Counted from the first letter of the stretch, positions 1 to 12,730 are shown. The stretch is DNA of 64,000 nt from Oopsacas minuta (GCA_024704765.1 JAKMXF010000222.1:1281192-1345191); one strand, 5' to 3'. Notes: generated from the sequence alone by a model not told the origin. Numbers and translations are program-made.

Positions 1-245
1 TCTGAACGCTATCCCCATATTTTCAAACTGTAAAATTAATGTTTGTTGCATTTCCATCATCATATCTTGTCGAAAAGGGATCCAGCACAGTAGTTAATCT
101 GCTCACAAAACAAAGAAATCGACTGGAAATAGCAACAAGAGGCGACTTGAGACTCTTTCTGACGCAGTTAGAACCGGATGTAGTCAAACTAGCAAAGAGC
201 CACCAAAGTCAAGGATCACATGTTCCAACGTATACTGATACTTAG
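1..245 (+). pseudogene. Frameshifted C-terminal dimerisation region of a Buster/SCAN3/ZBED5-like hAT transposase
   Basis: ERYPHIF then a frameshift into TVKLMFVAFPSSYLVEKG...RGDLRLFLTQLEPDVVKLAKSHQSQGSH; catalytic E in YLVE and the typical GDLRL...HQ.H end. Confidence 0.8.
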
Positions 246-393
246 ATTAGTCCCTAGATACTCTATCAGTCTATCTTTAATATTTCTATATAGTCAGTAA
301 TTAAAACTGATTCAATAAAGTATTAAATAGGAGCGTTCTGTAAATATTAAGTCTATAAGGGGGCGTTAAATTGGTAAAGGTTGGGAAACACTG
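1..393 (+). mobile_element. Right end of a Buster/Charlie-type hAT DNA transposon, lying upstream of the recognised FGFR1OP2-like exons (probably intronic)
   Basis: TIR ggttgggaaacactg at 379-393 (reverse complement CAGTGTTTCCCAACC), followed by ctcTAtcc, which fits the nnnTAnnn Buster target pattern; transposase C-terminus lies just upstream. Confidence 0.85.
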
Positions 394-673
394 CTCTATC
401 CAATCATAAATATTGTGTCGAGTTGATCATTGAATAACTAGACACAATCTAAGTCATATATCATAGCTTCTATTAAGTATATTACTAATCCTCAATCTCA
501 TATTGTGTTGTGTAATCTTCCTTCAGTGGACACTTTAGGTAGAAGACTGTTATAATTGAATATTTCTAGTTCGTTTTAACGGATAGCGAAAATGAATTTG
601 AATTTGACCATCTCTTCATTGTGTACTCATAAGTTATGTCATATACATAGAATATTTATTATATATTTCTTAG

Positions 674-2935
674 TATGAGCTACAGCAAAAGAACCAACAA
701 GTCTCTCAAATGATATCAGTAAGCTACCTTATGTTTGTATTAGGCAACCACTCTTGCTTGTAATATAATCTAAAAATATCTGCTCTGTATATAAACTACC
801 CAGAACAATGTATCTACTAGAATTCCGACCGGCTGGTTGGCTACTGCCATGCTGTCTCTATGTTATTGCACTGTGGTTAGAATTCATTATCCCACAAATT
901 TGCTAATCTACCATTATAATATTTATACTAGTTATTCAATGTATGTAGACATGATATTTTAGCACATTGATATGTGTTTGGTTTGATTATTTGAACTGAA
1001 CTACTTTTCTGGATATCTCCATAATTGCATAATGTAGTTAAAGTTCATCAATCTACTCGCTCTGTAGGTCTACAAGATAATTATCCTTCTTTTCTTAGAG
1101 TCCATAAGGTTATTAATTTATGCTAGTTACAATTCATTACATTGCTTGTGACAAGTGTCCTTTATTGTAATTATTGCTGCTACAACCTGTGACCATATCT
1201 TTCACAAACAAATTCAATGCAATTATAAACCGTCGATATCCATATTAACGATCTTTGTACTCACAAATTAATTAATGCATAATTGTTGTTCCGGTGTTAC
1301 TAATCTTTGACATGGATTCATACAGATGCAATCATAGAACAATACCAGTCACATCCTAATATTACTGATAACATGTAAAAAGCTAATTATCCCATGAAGC
1401 CAAATTAATAAATAATTAATTTTAAATATAAGCCATAGATTAGCATGACTTTATAATTTAACATTAAACTCAATTACTAGACACATTAATATTTACAGAT
1501 TCCTTATAATAGCTCAACTATAGTATAGCACAGTTTTTTGTAATACAAAAACCCCAAACCCTCGTTCCAAAAAAGGTGACTTTCATTAGGCCTAACAAAT
1601 GACCTTTCCTCGAACATAGAAAAGCTGATACACAAAAACTGTACTATAGTATAGTTGAGTTATATATAAGGAATCTGATAAGTTATTTGTAATATTTATT
1701 TGTCCGCACGTATGCGTATACATTTTTATTGAAGTTACTCAGTTATTGAACTGATTACATTATTAGATTCTTTAAAATGAAATCATCCTCTACTTCGACC
1801 TAGGAAATATATCTCGATTATTCTAATACTGCTAATTCCTAACGATCGTAACCAAGGCAGGGAAGCACTTTTAATTGTCAAATTGCCAGGATATCAATCT
1901 GAAATCACTGAATAACGCATTAATGGTTACGATTCTTCCTAAAAGTTTTACTGACATACTCAGTTAGTTCTACCTATAGAGTTGCAGTATTTTTAAGTAG
2001 AATAATTCGACTAATCACGTATTTGCATTATATTAGTATATACTTGTCTGTCTTATTCCGATAAATAGTTTGTATGTTGTTACTTTCACCCGCACTGGTT
2101 TTATGCATCTAGTTTAGTCCTATATTAGATTAACATTGTTGGTTTATAATTATATACAGATGCCCTTCATTCGTAAGTATATTTGATATTTTGCTATCTC
2201 GCATTATCGGAATCGTTATTTTATCAACTCTCCTGTGAAAATTGGTCTAACTTATTAATTTACTGTCTACGAACGCCATTATATTTTGCATACGGGTAAC
2301 TTTGATCCAATGTATATTATCAGCTGCTGATGTTTCTATAGCATTGTAGAGGCTGGTACATAACATTCTGGAATATATATTGCTACGTTGATTAGGCTAG
2401 CCTAATACGCAGCTTGTAATAGCGGTGTAAATAGCATATTCTAACCCTCTTAGATTTAGATATTGATTAAAGGATTTATCGCATAGAATTGTTTTATTAG
2501 CTAATTGATGTTAATGCTGTTAGTACACATTTGTATTTTATGCAACATTCGTACAATGTTATCCAATAGGTTATGAATACAGCTGCAACTTGTGATGATC
2601 AGATATGTATTGAGAAGGAAGAAGAAGTCATTGCATTGAAATATGAAAACGAAGGTTTAAAAAGTCTATTAGGAATAGCAGAGAGTGGAGTTATGGATCA
2701 GGGAATGATAAAAACTTCAAGAGAGAACACTTTACTTCGACCATCTAAGAAATCTAGATCATATTCAGATCTAGATTCTGTTTGTAATACTGGGTTTATA
2801 TCTTATACAGACTATACTCTGAATCCTCTTTCTAAACCCAAATTGAGAGTCCGAGATAGCATGGAGGGACTGGATTTGGTAGGGGAAGAAGATGATCTGA
2901 CATATGATTCAAATACTTCACACGATAGCATCTGA
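674..2935 (+). CDS. FGFR1OP2: FGFR1OP2/SIKE1-family (STRIPAK) protein, last two recognisable exons (674-718 and 2570-2935); earlier exons outside the window
   Basis: ag|674-718|gtaag encodes YELQQKNQQVSQMIS and joins in phase 0 to ag|VMNTAATCDDQICIEKEEEVIALKYENEGLKSLLGIAES, matching the family segment ELQ.HVDQITEMAAVMRKAIEIDEQ...LEQENKGLREILQI. Confidence 0.75.
1496..1677. mobile_element. MITE with ~45-bp imperfect terminal inverted repeats
   Basis: cagattccttata..ctcaactatagtatagcacagttttt (1496-1540) is the near reverse complement of 1633-1677. Confidence 0.7.
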
Positions 2936-3763
2936 ATTTAATGGTATGGAAGTTTACTTATCTTGATATACTCTTATATTTGATTTGCTAGTGTTTCTTA
3001 TTGAGTATATTGTGTTTATCTATATTGAAATTATCCACCTGCTATATGTGTTAATACTCCTGTTATTCTCGTTCTATATTACAAATAATGTAATTAGTTA
3101 GTTCTTAATATTACATACAGCAACTAATCACGAAGTTTACTGTCTGAAGGAAATTGATTAGCCAATCATAAATAAATCTACAGTAGTACTTGAATTCATA
3201 TACAAATGTAGAATACTACACATACGCAATTACTAATCAAAATACAGGCAAGATTCTCTTCACAATAGTCATTATTTGAATATTCATCACAACTACTTTG
3301 GGAATGTAAACTATTAATTTTGTCTACTAATCTGATATCGTCCTACTTGTCTTGGCAGCATATTTCACTACATGTTGTCATTATAGTATTGATATTATAA
3401 CCTATATCAACAGTGTATTAGTGAGGGTATATTAATCCTGTGTCTACTCGTTGGAATTTCTCTTTTTCTCCTGCTATTAGATAGAAACATATTTATAATT
3501 CAATACTGCTAGTTATAATGACAATATTTCGAATATAGGCACAGGTTATAATATGATTTATGATTGATAATCTGAGTTAATTAAATAATAATGTTTAAAG
3601 GCAGTAGCTAATAATAACGAAAATTTAACAGTAATTCCTATTGCGTGCTATATTATTTCTTCTCTCTTTATTATATTTGAGATGTTGAATATTCTGCTTG
3701 TATAACCGCAATTAAGAATAACACCCAAACTAAACTACTACTTCTTCATCCTTATTATTTAAA

Positions 3764-3765
3764 TC

Positions 3766-3806
<41 letters not shown>

Positions 3807-3856
3807 TTTTGAAAATTTAATAATTTTAAATTTTGTTTTAGTGAGCCAAATGCTCG
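3764..3856 (+). mobile_element. Putative 93-bp minimal Helitron containing a (TG)n microsatellite
   Basis: A|TCTATATATA start and gagccaaatgCTCG|T end, the same 3' end as the family-A Helitrons at 25065 and 61384. Confidence 0.5.
3774..3805. repeat. (TG)n microsatellite
   Basis: About 15 contiguous TG units. Confidence 0.95.
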
Positions 3857-4756
3857 TAAACTGAAATTATGATAGTGCTATAACGTTATTAGAGGTCGTA
3901 AGAGACGTCATTTTCGAGGCCCCGGCCGAGCTTAAAACGAACCTCTGGTCGGGTTGAGCTTGTGACCTAAGCAAAAGCACATTTATCTAATGAGTAATTT
4001 ATAACTACTACTAGGATAAGTTAATAACTTAAGAATCCTATTCAGTGTTGCCGTACTTGTAGTCAGCAATTATCATTCTCTTGTCTGCATTCAACGTAAA
4101 TGTGGCTCTAGTGTTCTGTTTAATCCTTGTATGATTGATTCAGAATAATTCCCTAATTGCACCATTGTAAAGCTCTAGTAAACGAAGCCAGGATTTGAAT
4201 ATTTTATTTGTCCCAAGTAAATTCTGGATACACTTTTATTTACAATAACTCAAAAGATAATGCAATTATAACCTTTAAGTTTTCTGTACAAATTGAACAC
4301 ATGCTCAATCATCGAATTTATGTCATCGATTAGTATTCATCTCTTAATTTAGTAAATAATACAAATAATATATCTGACTATTATGCTAAAAAAATTTCCA
4401 TCAAAATATGGCCTACGTAATATACGTCTATTTATGTCCCTGAAACTAGAAAGAAGAAGGCCAATTTAATTTTTCTGATTTTGGAAAACTTAGCCTCTTA
4501 TTAATTGCAAATTGGACCTTCATAAAGGTTTGAAGATATGAAGAATCCATGCGTCCAGTCCTTAAGTTCAAACGGCTATGCTTCATTACGTTTAGGCGCA
4601 TTTTATTCATAAATAGCTTTTGTTAAATTTATTATTTTCAATTTCTACTAGAAAATGTACAATTTTATTTCCACAGCTCTTGTTGAACTTTTGAATATTT
4701 TCTTTGTGAAGTATATGAAGGAATTCTAATAATTCTCTCGGGAATAAGATAGGATA

Positions 4757-5307
4757 TGTATATATATTAAATCTCAATTGTTGTTTGTCTGTTTGTCAAG
4801 GAAATGATTTACTGTATGCAATTTTGAAATTGTCGCATAACTATGTATTTATCGTGTTTATCAAGGAAGTAAATAGAATTCAATAAAACTTCGCTAAATA
4901 TATCGAACATGCTGAATCCGATTTTTACACCTTTGGATTGATCATATGTAAATTTATTGTTTGTTTTTATGAATATAAAGTAAACAAATTTCAAAATTGA
5001 GGTAGAATCATACTTTCAACGGCTATCCTGGGGTAATCGAGTATGCTGAGTCCGAATTTGGTATTGTAAACAACATGTTTTGAATATTTGTTTACTTTTT
5101 AGGTACACAAAGTAAACAAATTTCAAAATTGAGGTAGTATCATACTTTCAATGAGTATACTGGGATAATCGAGTATGCTGAGTCTGAATATTGTAAACAA
5201 CATCAATATTATTAAATCACAATTGATGTTTGTCTGTTTGTTTTTCCATTGAATTCCTCTAGGCGTAATCCGTCGAGTTCATCGCGAAGCGACGAGCCAA
5301 AGGCTCG
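4757..5307 (+). mobile_element. Non-autonomous Helitron family A, copy 1
   Basis: 5' tatatattaaatctcaattgttgtttgtctg; 3' gcgaagcgacgagccaaaggctcg|t hairpin; homologous to four other copies in the window; internal ~100-bp duplication. Confidence 0.8.
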
Positions 5308-5953
5308 TATGTATATTTGTAGATAATATTAAGATTATACTCAAGGAGAATTAATGCTAAAGTCATAGGATAAATTGCGGCTCAGACGAAATGGAGGTGC
5401 CCTTTGTAAGTCAACATCTGTTCATTCGAAGAATCAACGGAGAATAAATATGGTCGAATTAGCGAATGTGTTTATAAATAAATTGGAATAATGTCATACT
5501 ATCATACTAGCTTAGATATTCTTACAGAATTTAGGGTAATCATGGTTACTTAAGCTGTGTGCTGGATGATAAATATGTTGTATACAAATTTCGCATTTAA
5601 ATTGAATATCATAAAGTTAAAAATTCGTTTACTTTACTTACAGGGGATAAAATTGGTTGTTTTAGTTATGTTCCAGCCAAAAGTTTCAATAAGATATAAT
5701 ATTGAATTCTCAAGTTTTATTTTTGTATCATGTTATGAAGTGTATTGTGCATATGCATCAACTATACAACTTAGAAATAATAACAATAATAATACATGTT
5801 ATTACAATATTCCTTCGCACAAATTGATTGAAATATTACAAATATTACAAAATCTTTACAGCTGCACAGTTTGGTTAAAATCGATAAAATGATTTTGTTC
5901 TTCGCTTGGGAATCTTTAGAAGTTGATTTGTACAATATTTATTCTGTTTCTTT

Positions 5954-7093
5954 CTATACATATGTGACTCTGTAGTAAGCAACGTTACCAGAACTTGTTT
6001 TTGAAGGTATCATGCTTGTACGACCAATTCTTTGTGAATCAATAACATTTGACATCATTTTCTCTATTTTCCGTTTTTCACATCTTTTTTGCTCAGATTT
6101 CAGGGATTGTATTGGACTGTCTGACGTCGATATTGATGGTTCAGAAAAACCACTATCTACTGTATGGAAACTTAAATTCACTGGGTCTTCGTCTTCACAT
6201 ACTTCGTTAGACTTTTTAAATGAGTTTTCTTGGAAACAAAATGGATGGTTTAGTGTAGGCTCGTATTCTTCCAGGATAAGGTTATTACCATCAGGGTCCA
6301 TTGTCTGCCATAAAGGAGTGCGTTCCTCTAAGTTAGAATGTTGGACTGCTTGTAGCTTGTTGTTAAGAAAAGGTTTTAATCCTTCTAGATTCTTAACTCT
6401 AATTCTGAGACCTATCATACTACTTGGTTTAACGTTTATACTTTTCGATTCTTTAATACAGAATTCGTACTGTGTTTTGTCATCACCTTCTAGAATAAAT
6501 GTGCAGAACTTATCCGAGGCGTAGGAATATTCTTGTCTTAATAGGAATTGGTAGAAATAGACTGTTTCTAGGAAGTTATTTGTTATGAGGACAAATCGCA
6601 TAATGTTTTGAGGAACCTTTCTCCGACTGGTTGAATAGAATGCCCAGCTAGGAGTGAATCTATTATGATTGTAGAAATCTACTGGATAATATTCTAGGAA
6701 TTCGTTAGGGGTGGTAAAAGGGAGATCAGTTGAAAAGGTTTTATGCCAAGGTCTCGATTTGAGTGGAGCTATCACCTCACTCTGATATTTTTGAGGATGA
6801 GAAACACTAATACTGATAGAATGTTCAACTTGTTTGGCTGAGCTGTACAAACCATTAGATGTGAATTGTGTAAAAGTTTGCGTGTCTTGGTCCTTGGACA
6901 ATGTTTCATCCACGAAATTGTTCATCTTAATTCCTTGTACAGTGTAGTTCGCGGCTCTCGTGAGTTTTATATAATCTTTTATCTTTGGTGCGTATTTGCT
7001 GCTGAATTCGATCATATCTTTGATCTTAGAAACAGGCACATCGTCCTTCATCAAATATTGAATTGTGATTTGCTTCGTTTTGGAGTCAGACAT
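5954..7093 (-). CDS. FAM124: FAM124-family protein, intronless
   Basis: RFVLITNNFLETVYFYQFLL...FCTFIL...LRIRVKNLEGLKPFL...WQTMDPDGNNLILE matches the FAM124 core (...LYEMILQ...NFCFFVL...LQFKVQEIGQLVPLL...WQTQDYDGNKILL). Confidence 0.8.
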   Translation of the reverse strand: MSDSKTKQITIQYLMKDDVPVSKIKDMIEFSSKYAPKIKDYIKLTRAANYTVQGIKMNNFVDETLSKDQDTQTFTQFTSNGLYSSAKQVEHSISISVSHPQKYQSEVIAPLKSRPWHKTFSTDLPFTTPNEFLEYYPVDFYNHNRFTPSWAFYSTSRRKVPQNIMRFVLITNNFLETVYFYQFLLRQEYSYASDKFCTFILEGDDKTQYEFCIKESKSINVKPSSMIGLRIRVKNLEGLKPFLNNKLQAVQHSNLEERTPLWQTMDPDGNNLILEEYEPTLNHPFCFQENSFKKSNEVCEDEDPVNLSFHTVDSGFSEPSISTSDSPIQSLKSEQKRCEKRKIEKMMSNVIDSQRIGRTSMIPSKTSSGNVAYYRVTYV

Positions 7094-8014
7094 AATTTTA
7101 AATTTTGTAGTTAGTTTTGGGTATCGCGTAACTTTCCATTATTTATACTACTATAAGTCAATTTGTTCGCATGAATCAACTTGATAGCCTAATTCATTGT
7201 GACTATAACTATACTATGATGTGAATACTATAGTTCCTCAATACTTATAATTCACTTCTCCTTATAGCTATATCTGGAATAAATGAATTTAGATAAATGT
7301 AATATCTGTTCGTTCTCCACCAGTTACTACTACATGTTTTGTATAAGGGATTGCAGCTTGAATATAGTTATGTTAATAATAGAAAACATTTCCATATAAA
7401 TGTTGCAGTTTTAGCGTATTCCAGAATACATTATATTATTCGTACTTACATTGCAATAGTTATCAACCTTCTTTGTAGACTCTTTTAGAGTATTTCTTTC
7501 CTTTTAACACTTATCACTGTCTATGTAGCATCTGTTCATTTTGTTGCAGTTCAACTCATTAACACATTCATATGCTAAATCTATAACATATTATTCTAAA
7601 TACACAATGGGACCTCTCAAGCAATATTTCCAGTATTTACGCTTAAAATTTTGAATTTGATTTATCCAAGTTAATTCAGCGGGTTTTCCTGATCAATTTA
7701 TATACGTGATAATGTTACTTTGGAATGTTTGTCAGAAATATTATAGAAATCAATTATGTAGTTAGTGACTCACTGGGTAATTGGTTTTATACAATTTGGG
7801 TCAAAATTAATTGATTGACACATCATTGCATCAAAATTAAACACAAACATAAATTCATAATAGACTAAAAGTAATACTCGTGGGCTCATGGCAACTGATG
7901 CACTCTAGCATGTATGGTTAAAAAACTATGATATTCATTGTCGCATTTACTCCTTTCAATAATTTTAATTCTCGTTTGTTGGAAATGCCATATTGTTGCA
8001 TCATTAAGACGTAT

Positions 8015-8424
8015 TAGTGTTGCAGCGGTCCGAACTGGTCCGGTCCCGGTCCCAAAAATTTGCCACTTATCGGTCCGGTCTGATCCAAGCCTGTTCTGAC
8101 TGGACCGAGCTTGATAATTTTATCCACTTTTGTTTCTATACTGTTTTAAAATGTACATATATGATCTTGGTAAAAGATGTTCTTTGTGGAATCATTTCAT
8201 TCATGTCATTCATAATTGCATGTCATATTCAATGAATAATTCATATTTAATATTCCATATATTTTATTTGCTGATTCTATTACGCACATCTTTTGATAAC
8301 AGTATTAGGTTCAGTCCTGCCCAGTCCGAATCCAGTCGAGTCGGTCCGACAGTCCGGTCCAGCCCTGATATTAAATAGATTGATCCGGTTCTGGTCCGAA
8401 TTTTTGAAACTAGCTGCAACACTA
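8015..8424. mobile_element. hAT-type MITE (410 bp)
   Basis: Perfect 12-bp TIR tagtgttgcagc / gctgcaacacta; 8-bp flanks agacgtat vs ggacatat (6/8, decayed TSD); many subterminal GGTCCG/GTCCGG motifs. Confidence 0.8.
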
Positions 8425-8999
8425 GGACATATTCAACCTCTTTCTCATCTGAACAATACCCTCAAGACATCTATGATATTCATATGTGGCATATGTGTAA
8501 TTAGAACCTTAAAATATCACCAAATATCTAATATGGGGATTGAAACTGCTCAATTATTTTCGCAATTAGACAATATAATTACAAGTAAGTATAGTTTCGT
8601 GACCCCTACTTAAAGCATTTGAGACTCCCAGGTTGATAACCTGCATTAGGAGAACAATCATTTTGTTATTTACTCCTACGAAGTGTGTAAGAAATAAAGT
8701 ATTCAATGCTAATATTGTTTCATGAAACCTTTTTGTTTTCATTCAAATTTCAATTCCTCTAATCCTCTCATATACACACTATTGTAATATTTTAAGAGTT
8801 CTTTACTTAGAATATCTAGCATCGATACGCTAAATGGACCACTTGTTGTTTATATTATTTTACATTAACATCCTCAATCAGTTAGTTCCTCTATGGAGAC
8901 AATTTAGCTTTCAAATGGTGTGTTCAATGCGTAAATACTATTACAAGCTTTACTAATATACAACATTACGACATAAATTAGTGAAATTCCATCTTTAAG

Positions 9000-9869
9000 A
9001 TGGGAAAACTACAGCAAAAGTCCTCTCTTGATATTCCAATACTAATATTCATAATCTCTCTCATCTGCCTCATGATATCATTCCTATTACTCGCTCTACA
9101 TGTCCACTTAGTACCCCTACCAGCCTGGGAACTTAATCACAAATGGAACAGACTCACAATGGGATTAGGGGAACAGACCTTCTGTCTCTCCTCTCAGTAC
9201 CCCACAGATCTATACTCTCAATGCAATCCATCTTTCAATATATTTCCTAAACTACAGACTCCCCAGACGTTAGCTTTCCTAGTTAAAGCAAAAATAAGAA
9301 TTGATAAATCTCTTTTTCTTAAAAGAGACAATCTTACATTATTTTCATGTTTTAACAGAAGACTAGTAGCTACTGACATAGACTCTCTATCTATAGCAGA
9401 GAGCACTTATTTCTCTATCTCTATCTCTCTGTCTTCATCTCAGATATTAGCTTACAATATAGCTGAGGATAATAATATTGATCTGTGTGTAGGAGTTATC
9501 TCTACAGATGAAGTGGTAATCAAACATTTTCAGAAGCTTGATACTAATCCTCGCCCTCCCAAATGTGAACTATTACACGATACAGCTGATTTATTACCTC
9601 TACTGCCTCTTATACTCCACAATAATACTTCTATGTGTGAGTTTGTTCGTATACAACCTATACCACAGGCATCTAACAACTGGGAGCTATCACTTTTGTT
9701 TAAAGATGCCTTTCCTCTCATCAACTTATCTCTTACTGAGCAAGATAAAAACTATGCTATTAAACATCTTGTGATGATGTCGTTGATACTTCTTCTCATT
9801 GTTATAGTTTCAGGGCTAATTTGTTTTATTAGAAAATATACATATATATTTTGTAAATCTTTCCTTTGA
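9000..9869 (+). CDS. TMEM248: TMEM248/TMEM219-family two-pass membrane protein
   Basis: N-terminal TM followed by W-N..L.....FC, luminal PPKC, and a C-terminal L.EQDK.YAIKHL..MS TM segment, matching the TMEM248 layout. Confidence 0.7.
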   Translation: MGKLQQKSSLDIPILIFIISLICLMISFLLLALHVHLVPLPAWELNHKWNRLTMGLGEQTFCLSSQYPTDLYSQCNPSFNIFPKLQTPQTLAFLVKAKIRIDKSLFLKRDNLTLFSCFNRRLVATDIDSLSIAESTYFSISISLSSSQILAYNIAEDNNIDLCVGVISTDEVVIKHFQKLDTNPRPPKCELLHDTADLLPLLPLILHNNTSMCEFVRIQPIPQASNNWELSLLFKDAFPLINLSLTEQDKNYAIKHLVMMSLILLLIVIVSGLICFIRKYTYIFCKSFL

Positions 9870-10897
9870 TTATTTATTCATATAGATGTGTACATTATTA
9901 ATCTCGCTTGACATCTATTTTTCTTTGCTTGTCTATTGGTTCAATATTGAGCTTTGATGGTATAGTACGGCATATTCTGGCCCGTATAGTAAGCTATCGA
10001 TATCTACCTGTTAATATTTATAAAAGGTAGGTAAAATGATTCCAACCATTCCTTTTCTTTAAATAACATCCATATGCACTGCTAATGTCAAACTGATCAT
10101 AATTTATCCCCCTTTCGTCAGCGTTGATAAATGGGACATATGATTGACAACTTGAACCATAGCTATGCTTGAACAGATTTCATATGCCCTCGAAATGACA
10201 TGCTATCTATATCTCTAATTCTCGCTTCCCAAACATATATTGACTTCCCCTGACGGTTCGAGCTAGCGGATATCATATGTATTCTCGTTAATTGTGGCAT
10301 TCTTTATTTCAAACATGCTCTATCTGGAACAGTTCCCTTGATGGTTCGAGATAGTCCTAATTACTAGAATACAAATAACTCAAGAATAATCATGCATTCC
10401 TTATTTCAATATGGATTCCGATTTTATTTCGTGCAGGCCTCGCCATATTGAATACAGCGCTCAATATGCAACATTAGCTATTATCTAAGAAATACCGTGT
10501 ATACACAAGTTCATACTCTTTAACGTTAACTAAATGGGAATTGACGAAGTAGGAATACTCTATCAATCTCCGCAGATATAGGATTATATATCTATAGGTT
10601 TCCTATTGCTAGCGATGCTTCTGATTGATTTAGTTTGCTATTTACCTTCAGATATCTCTCTTATCTGACACTATTATGACAAACTGCATTAAATTGTTAA
10701 GTTAATATGAATATGTATGTCCCAGTCATGACCTACTCATGTATTGATTCTTTTCATACCTGATTTACTAAGTTACATTACTTGTCAGTTTGTAGTACAA
10801 TCCAACAAGTATGTATTCCTACAGATTTGTAATCACACTCCTCTGTTGTTATTTTATCATTTCATTGTTTAGCCTTCTGTTATCCCTTCTAGCACTG

Positions 10898-12043
10898 ATG
10901 GCTTCCAGATCCATTGAATTCCCTGATTTACATCCTGATTTGCTACTAAAGATTTTTGTATATACCACACTCCGTGACGTCATTTCCCTCTCCAGGTGCT
11001 GTAAACAATTATATAGAACTTGCAATATAGACTTATTATGGAAATATATTTTGATTTATCGTTACAACTACAAGATACATCATACTCATATATTTCTCCG
11101 TATAGACTTTCTCTATAAGTACTTTGTGTTACGTCATTACTGTCATGTCTATCCTATCGTGGGTTTATGGCTCATACAACTATCTCCTTATAATATTGTG
11201 ATGCAGATATCTCAATCAGATACCATGTTATATGCACTGAAGGGTGTTATGTACTATTTGGATGCTAATTCAGATCGCCTCTCTAATCACGTTTCTTCAC
11301 ACAATATCGCTTCATTTCGAGTATACCAGTGTACAAGTAGTGAGTCAGAAGAAGGCGAGATACCCTCTACTTACGAGTTCACTGTACTCACAGATGAACA
11401 TTACTATGATCAGTTCAAGCCGTGTAACGAGTTTGAATTACACTACTCAAAACCTGGGTCTGGGTCTGTTGTATGTAGCATGAATTATTTCAAATTCCTT
11501 GAACTAGTGGGGAAAGATCCTTACGCTCGCGAGAGACTTGCAAGATTGCAAGGTCGCAAAGCTATTGCACGACCAATTCTGGTATCAAAGCTGAGTTTGA
11601 AAAAATATAATCTCCCATCACAATACATTCTACTCCCTGGTATATATAAAGGTACATTCTCAGCAGAAACTTTCCAGCTAACATTAGTCTATTATCACGA
11701 AGGTTGGATATACTGCAAGAAATTAACTGGTGATATCCTAATCCCTGGGGGGAAGTTGATATTGAAAGCACTACACAACAATATTAAGTTATCTTCTGAC
11801 TCCTTCCCATTAGATCTCTCTGCAGAAGGTAATTATAGATTTGATATAGATCTACCTGTAGATAAGTTTGTAGCTTGTTACAAGGGAGAGTCTCAACTAG
11901 CTCTAAAAGGATTTCTCTACCCCAATCCATGTCCTGGTAAGATGTATATTGCGAATAAGGATAGTTTTGTATTTGTGACAGAGGATAATTGGCTGAATGT
12001 TAGTTATTTTACAAGATGTTCTGAGTTGAGTATGTTATTGTAA
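10898..12043 (+). CDS. FBXO31: F-box protein, FBXO31-like
   Basis: F-box (FPDLHPDLLLKIF...LSRCCKQL...LWK), IVGLW...PY, PGIYKGTF, KKLTGDILIPGG and ACYKGESQLA..GF..P..CPG motifs; ATG at 10898 preferred to the ORF start at 10811. Confidence 0.8.
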   Translation: MASRSIEFPDLHPDLLLKIFVYTTLRDVISLSRCCKQLYRTCNIDLLWKYILIYRYNYKIHHTHIFLRIDFLYKYFVLRHYCHVYPIVGLWLIQLSPYNIVMQISQSDTMLYALKGVMYYLDANSDRLSNHVSSHNIASFRVYQCTSSESEEGEIPSTYEFTVLTDEHYYDQFKPCNEFELHYSKPGSGSVVCSMNYFKFLELVGKDPYARERLARLQGRKAIARPILVSKLSLKKYNLPSQYILLPGIYKGTFSAETFQLTLVYYHEGWIYCKKLTGDILIPGGKLILKALHNNIKLSSDSFPLDLSAEGNYRFDIDLPVDKFVACYKGESQLALKGFLYPNPCPGKMYIANKDSFVFVTEDNWLNVSYFTRCSELSMLL

Positions 12044-12730
12044 TTTTTCACCTTTTATAATTTATATTTTGCCTATGTTAATGAGATATTTTTTTCAGAT
12101 CCACACCATCTCCATTTAAGTATGTGGGCGGGTGGAATTTCATTATCATTTTACAACGTGGCCATTTCATAAAAAAATTCAATAACTATACTGAATATGT
12201 GAGTAATGTGTTAAAGGAGATCTGTGAGGATGAATCACTACCGTTAGTTAGATTATCTATTGTCTATGGTCTAGTGGGATATCACTGAGAAAAATGGCAA
12301 TAATTCCAATAATATCCATACGACAGGAAACTTGATGCGGGCGGTGGAGCTGAAACAAGTTTCCAATTATCAGTGGTTTTACAATTGTCCTTTTTGTCAG
12401 TAATTATAATTATAATTGCATACTTTATTATTAATATATTGCCTAAATACAACCAGGTATTGTTATGTATGCTTTTTGCATAATCATCCTTTTGTTTGTG
12501 GAAAATAATTTATTCTATACTTTTTGAGAAACCCCTCTCTCAATTCAGGAGGGTAATCTGTTAAATTCTATGAATATTTGGCTAGGAATCTACGAATTCA
12601 AACTATTCTATGGAGAATTTTAATAGAACATAGTTTTTGTATAAAGGATATACATATGATAATGCTGAAGAAGAATAAATTATGACGTTATACCATAAAT
12701 TCCTCCTAACGAAATGAAGGATGGCCCTTT

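Noticed and set aside
4809-4994. ORF MKFVYFIFIK... and related ORFs at 24570-25191 and 31892-32179
   Set aside because: These are chance ORFs within or overlapping Helitron family-A repeats, with no protein motifs.
6012-6524. 170-aa + strand ORF
   Set aside because: Antisense shadow of FAM124 with no recognisable domain.
10811-10897. Hydrophobic N-terminal extension on the FBXO31-like ORF as a TM anchor
   Set aside because: It is a T-rich pyrimidine tract ending in an acceptor-like ctag before ATG 10898; the F-box starts right after the second Met. Unlike the TTLL case, a better-placed ATG exists.
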